From Candidatus Velthaea sp. (GTDB lineage: Bacteria; Vulcanimicrobiota; Vulcanimicrobiia; Vulcanimicrobiales; Vulcanimicrobiaceae): a DNA stretch of 64,000 nt. The stretch spans positions 17,937 through 81,936 of the forward strand of contig CBDCCS010000019.1 in assembly GCA_965214935.1 (NCBI GenBank), in the 5' to 3' direction. Under the pieces are notes generated by a model. That model was not told where the DNA came from. It saw only the letters and a list, made by a program, of their open reading frames with translations, and made no database searches. Positions 63,223 through 64,000 of this stretch are shown piece by piece. Made by a program: the position numbers and the translations under genes. The stretch's first letter is position 1, and every line of letters begins with the position of its first letter.

Positions 63223-64000
63223 ATGGAACGCCGTTATCTGATTTTAGCGCCGCACGTGTTTGCAACGCGCGCTGCGAAGACCGCGCACGGCGTCATTGCT
63301 TATTCAAGCGATGTCACCGTAGCCGTCATCGATCCGGCACACGCCGGCCGGCGGGTGCGCGACGTCCTGCCGTATCTTGATTCCGACGCACCGATCGTTG
63401 CCGATGTCGCGGCAGGTCTCGTGCATCGGCCGACGTCACTGCTTGTGGGCATCGCTCCGGCGGGCGGTGAGCTTCCGCCGGAGTTCCGCCGTGAGATTGC
63501 CGCTGCGTTAGCCGCCGGCCTCGAAATCGTTAGCGGCCTGCACACCATTCTGGGCGACGATGCGGAGTTTGCGGAGCTTGCCGAAGCGCATGACTCGCGC
63601 ATCTGGGATCTGCGGTTGCCACCTGCGGCACCGCTTTTTTCGGGCGCCGCTTACGACATCGAATCAACGATCGTCCTGACCGTCGGCAGCGACTGCGCGG
63701 TCGGCAAGATGACCGCCGCTTTGGAACTGACGCGCGCCGCGCGCGAGCGCAATGTCGCGGCGGTCTTCGTGCCGACCGGACAAACCGGCATCGCAATCGC
63801 CGGCTGGGGCACCGCGATCGATCGCGTGATCGCCGATTTCGCGGCCGGGGCCGCCGAACAGCTCGTCCTCGAAGGTGAGCGTCGCATGCCGGCAACAGCG
63901 GACACGGCTGCCGGCCTGCTGATCGTCGAAGGGCAAGGCGGTATCAACCATCCGGCGTACGCTCCGGTGACGCTCGCGTTACTATATGGCAGCGCCCCCG
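63223..64000 (+). CDS. DUF1611 domain protein (DgcN-like), runs off the window end
   Basis: Manual translation: AKTAHGVIAY, IVSGLH, GSDCAVGKMT, PTGQTG, EGQG; AGGAG RBS. Confidence 0.88.
   Translation, partial: MERRYLILAPHVFATRAAKTAHGVIAYSSDVTVAVIDPAHAGRRVRDVLPYLDSDAPIVADVAAGLVHRPTSLLVGIAPAGGELPPEFRREIAAALAAGLEIVSGLHTILGDDAEFAELAEAHDSRIWDLRLPPAAPLFSGAAYDIESTIVLTVGSDCAVGKMTAALELTRAARERNVAAVFVPTGQTGIAIAGWGTAIDRVIADFAAGAAEQLVLEGERRMPATADTAAGLLIVEGQGGINHPAYAPVTLALLYGSAP

Overview
A GC-rich bacterial chromosomal window, mostly housekeeping genes. The Terrabacteria-style order glyA-upp-atp-murA-mreB, together with an LptA protein, b/b' ATP synthase subunits and a SigB-type module, is compatible with Eremiobacterota/Vulcanimicrobiota (inference). 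Contents in order: (1) DUF2723, serA and a histidine phosphatase. (2) A roughly 10 kb accessory island. It holds a Cre-like tyrosine recombinase preceded by a perfect 14-6-14 inverted-repeat site and a perfect Gram-positive-type LexA box. It also holds a UDG-fold plus HEPN-like gene pair, a decayed IS21, decaying secreted-protein genes and a MarR/NmrA pair. (3) alaS. (4) A ROK-regulated sugar/polyol catabolic cluster. (5) mscL and a DUF948-ytxH-rsbV-rsbW-sigB operon. (6) iscS, rarA, lptA, mreB, murA, and MFS-gntK. (7) The full atp operon, then wecB, tagO-like, dCMP deaminase, upp, rimJ-like and glyA. (8) A likely 6S RNA, a YsnF/general-stress cluster, a PAS-GAF-PP2C phosphatase, photolyase, and epimerase/DUF1611. 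The most unusual signal is a 360 bp highly structured non-coding insert between atpG and atpD. It sits at the centre of a sharp, local, origin-like switch in synonymous-codon strand skew. Other notable signals are apparent non-canonical starts (ATC for mreB, CTG for a ROK kinase) and five SigB-type promoter candidates. All calls are by eye; no database search was run.
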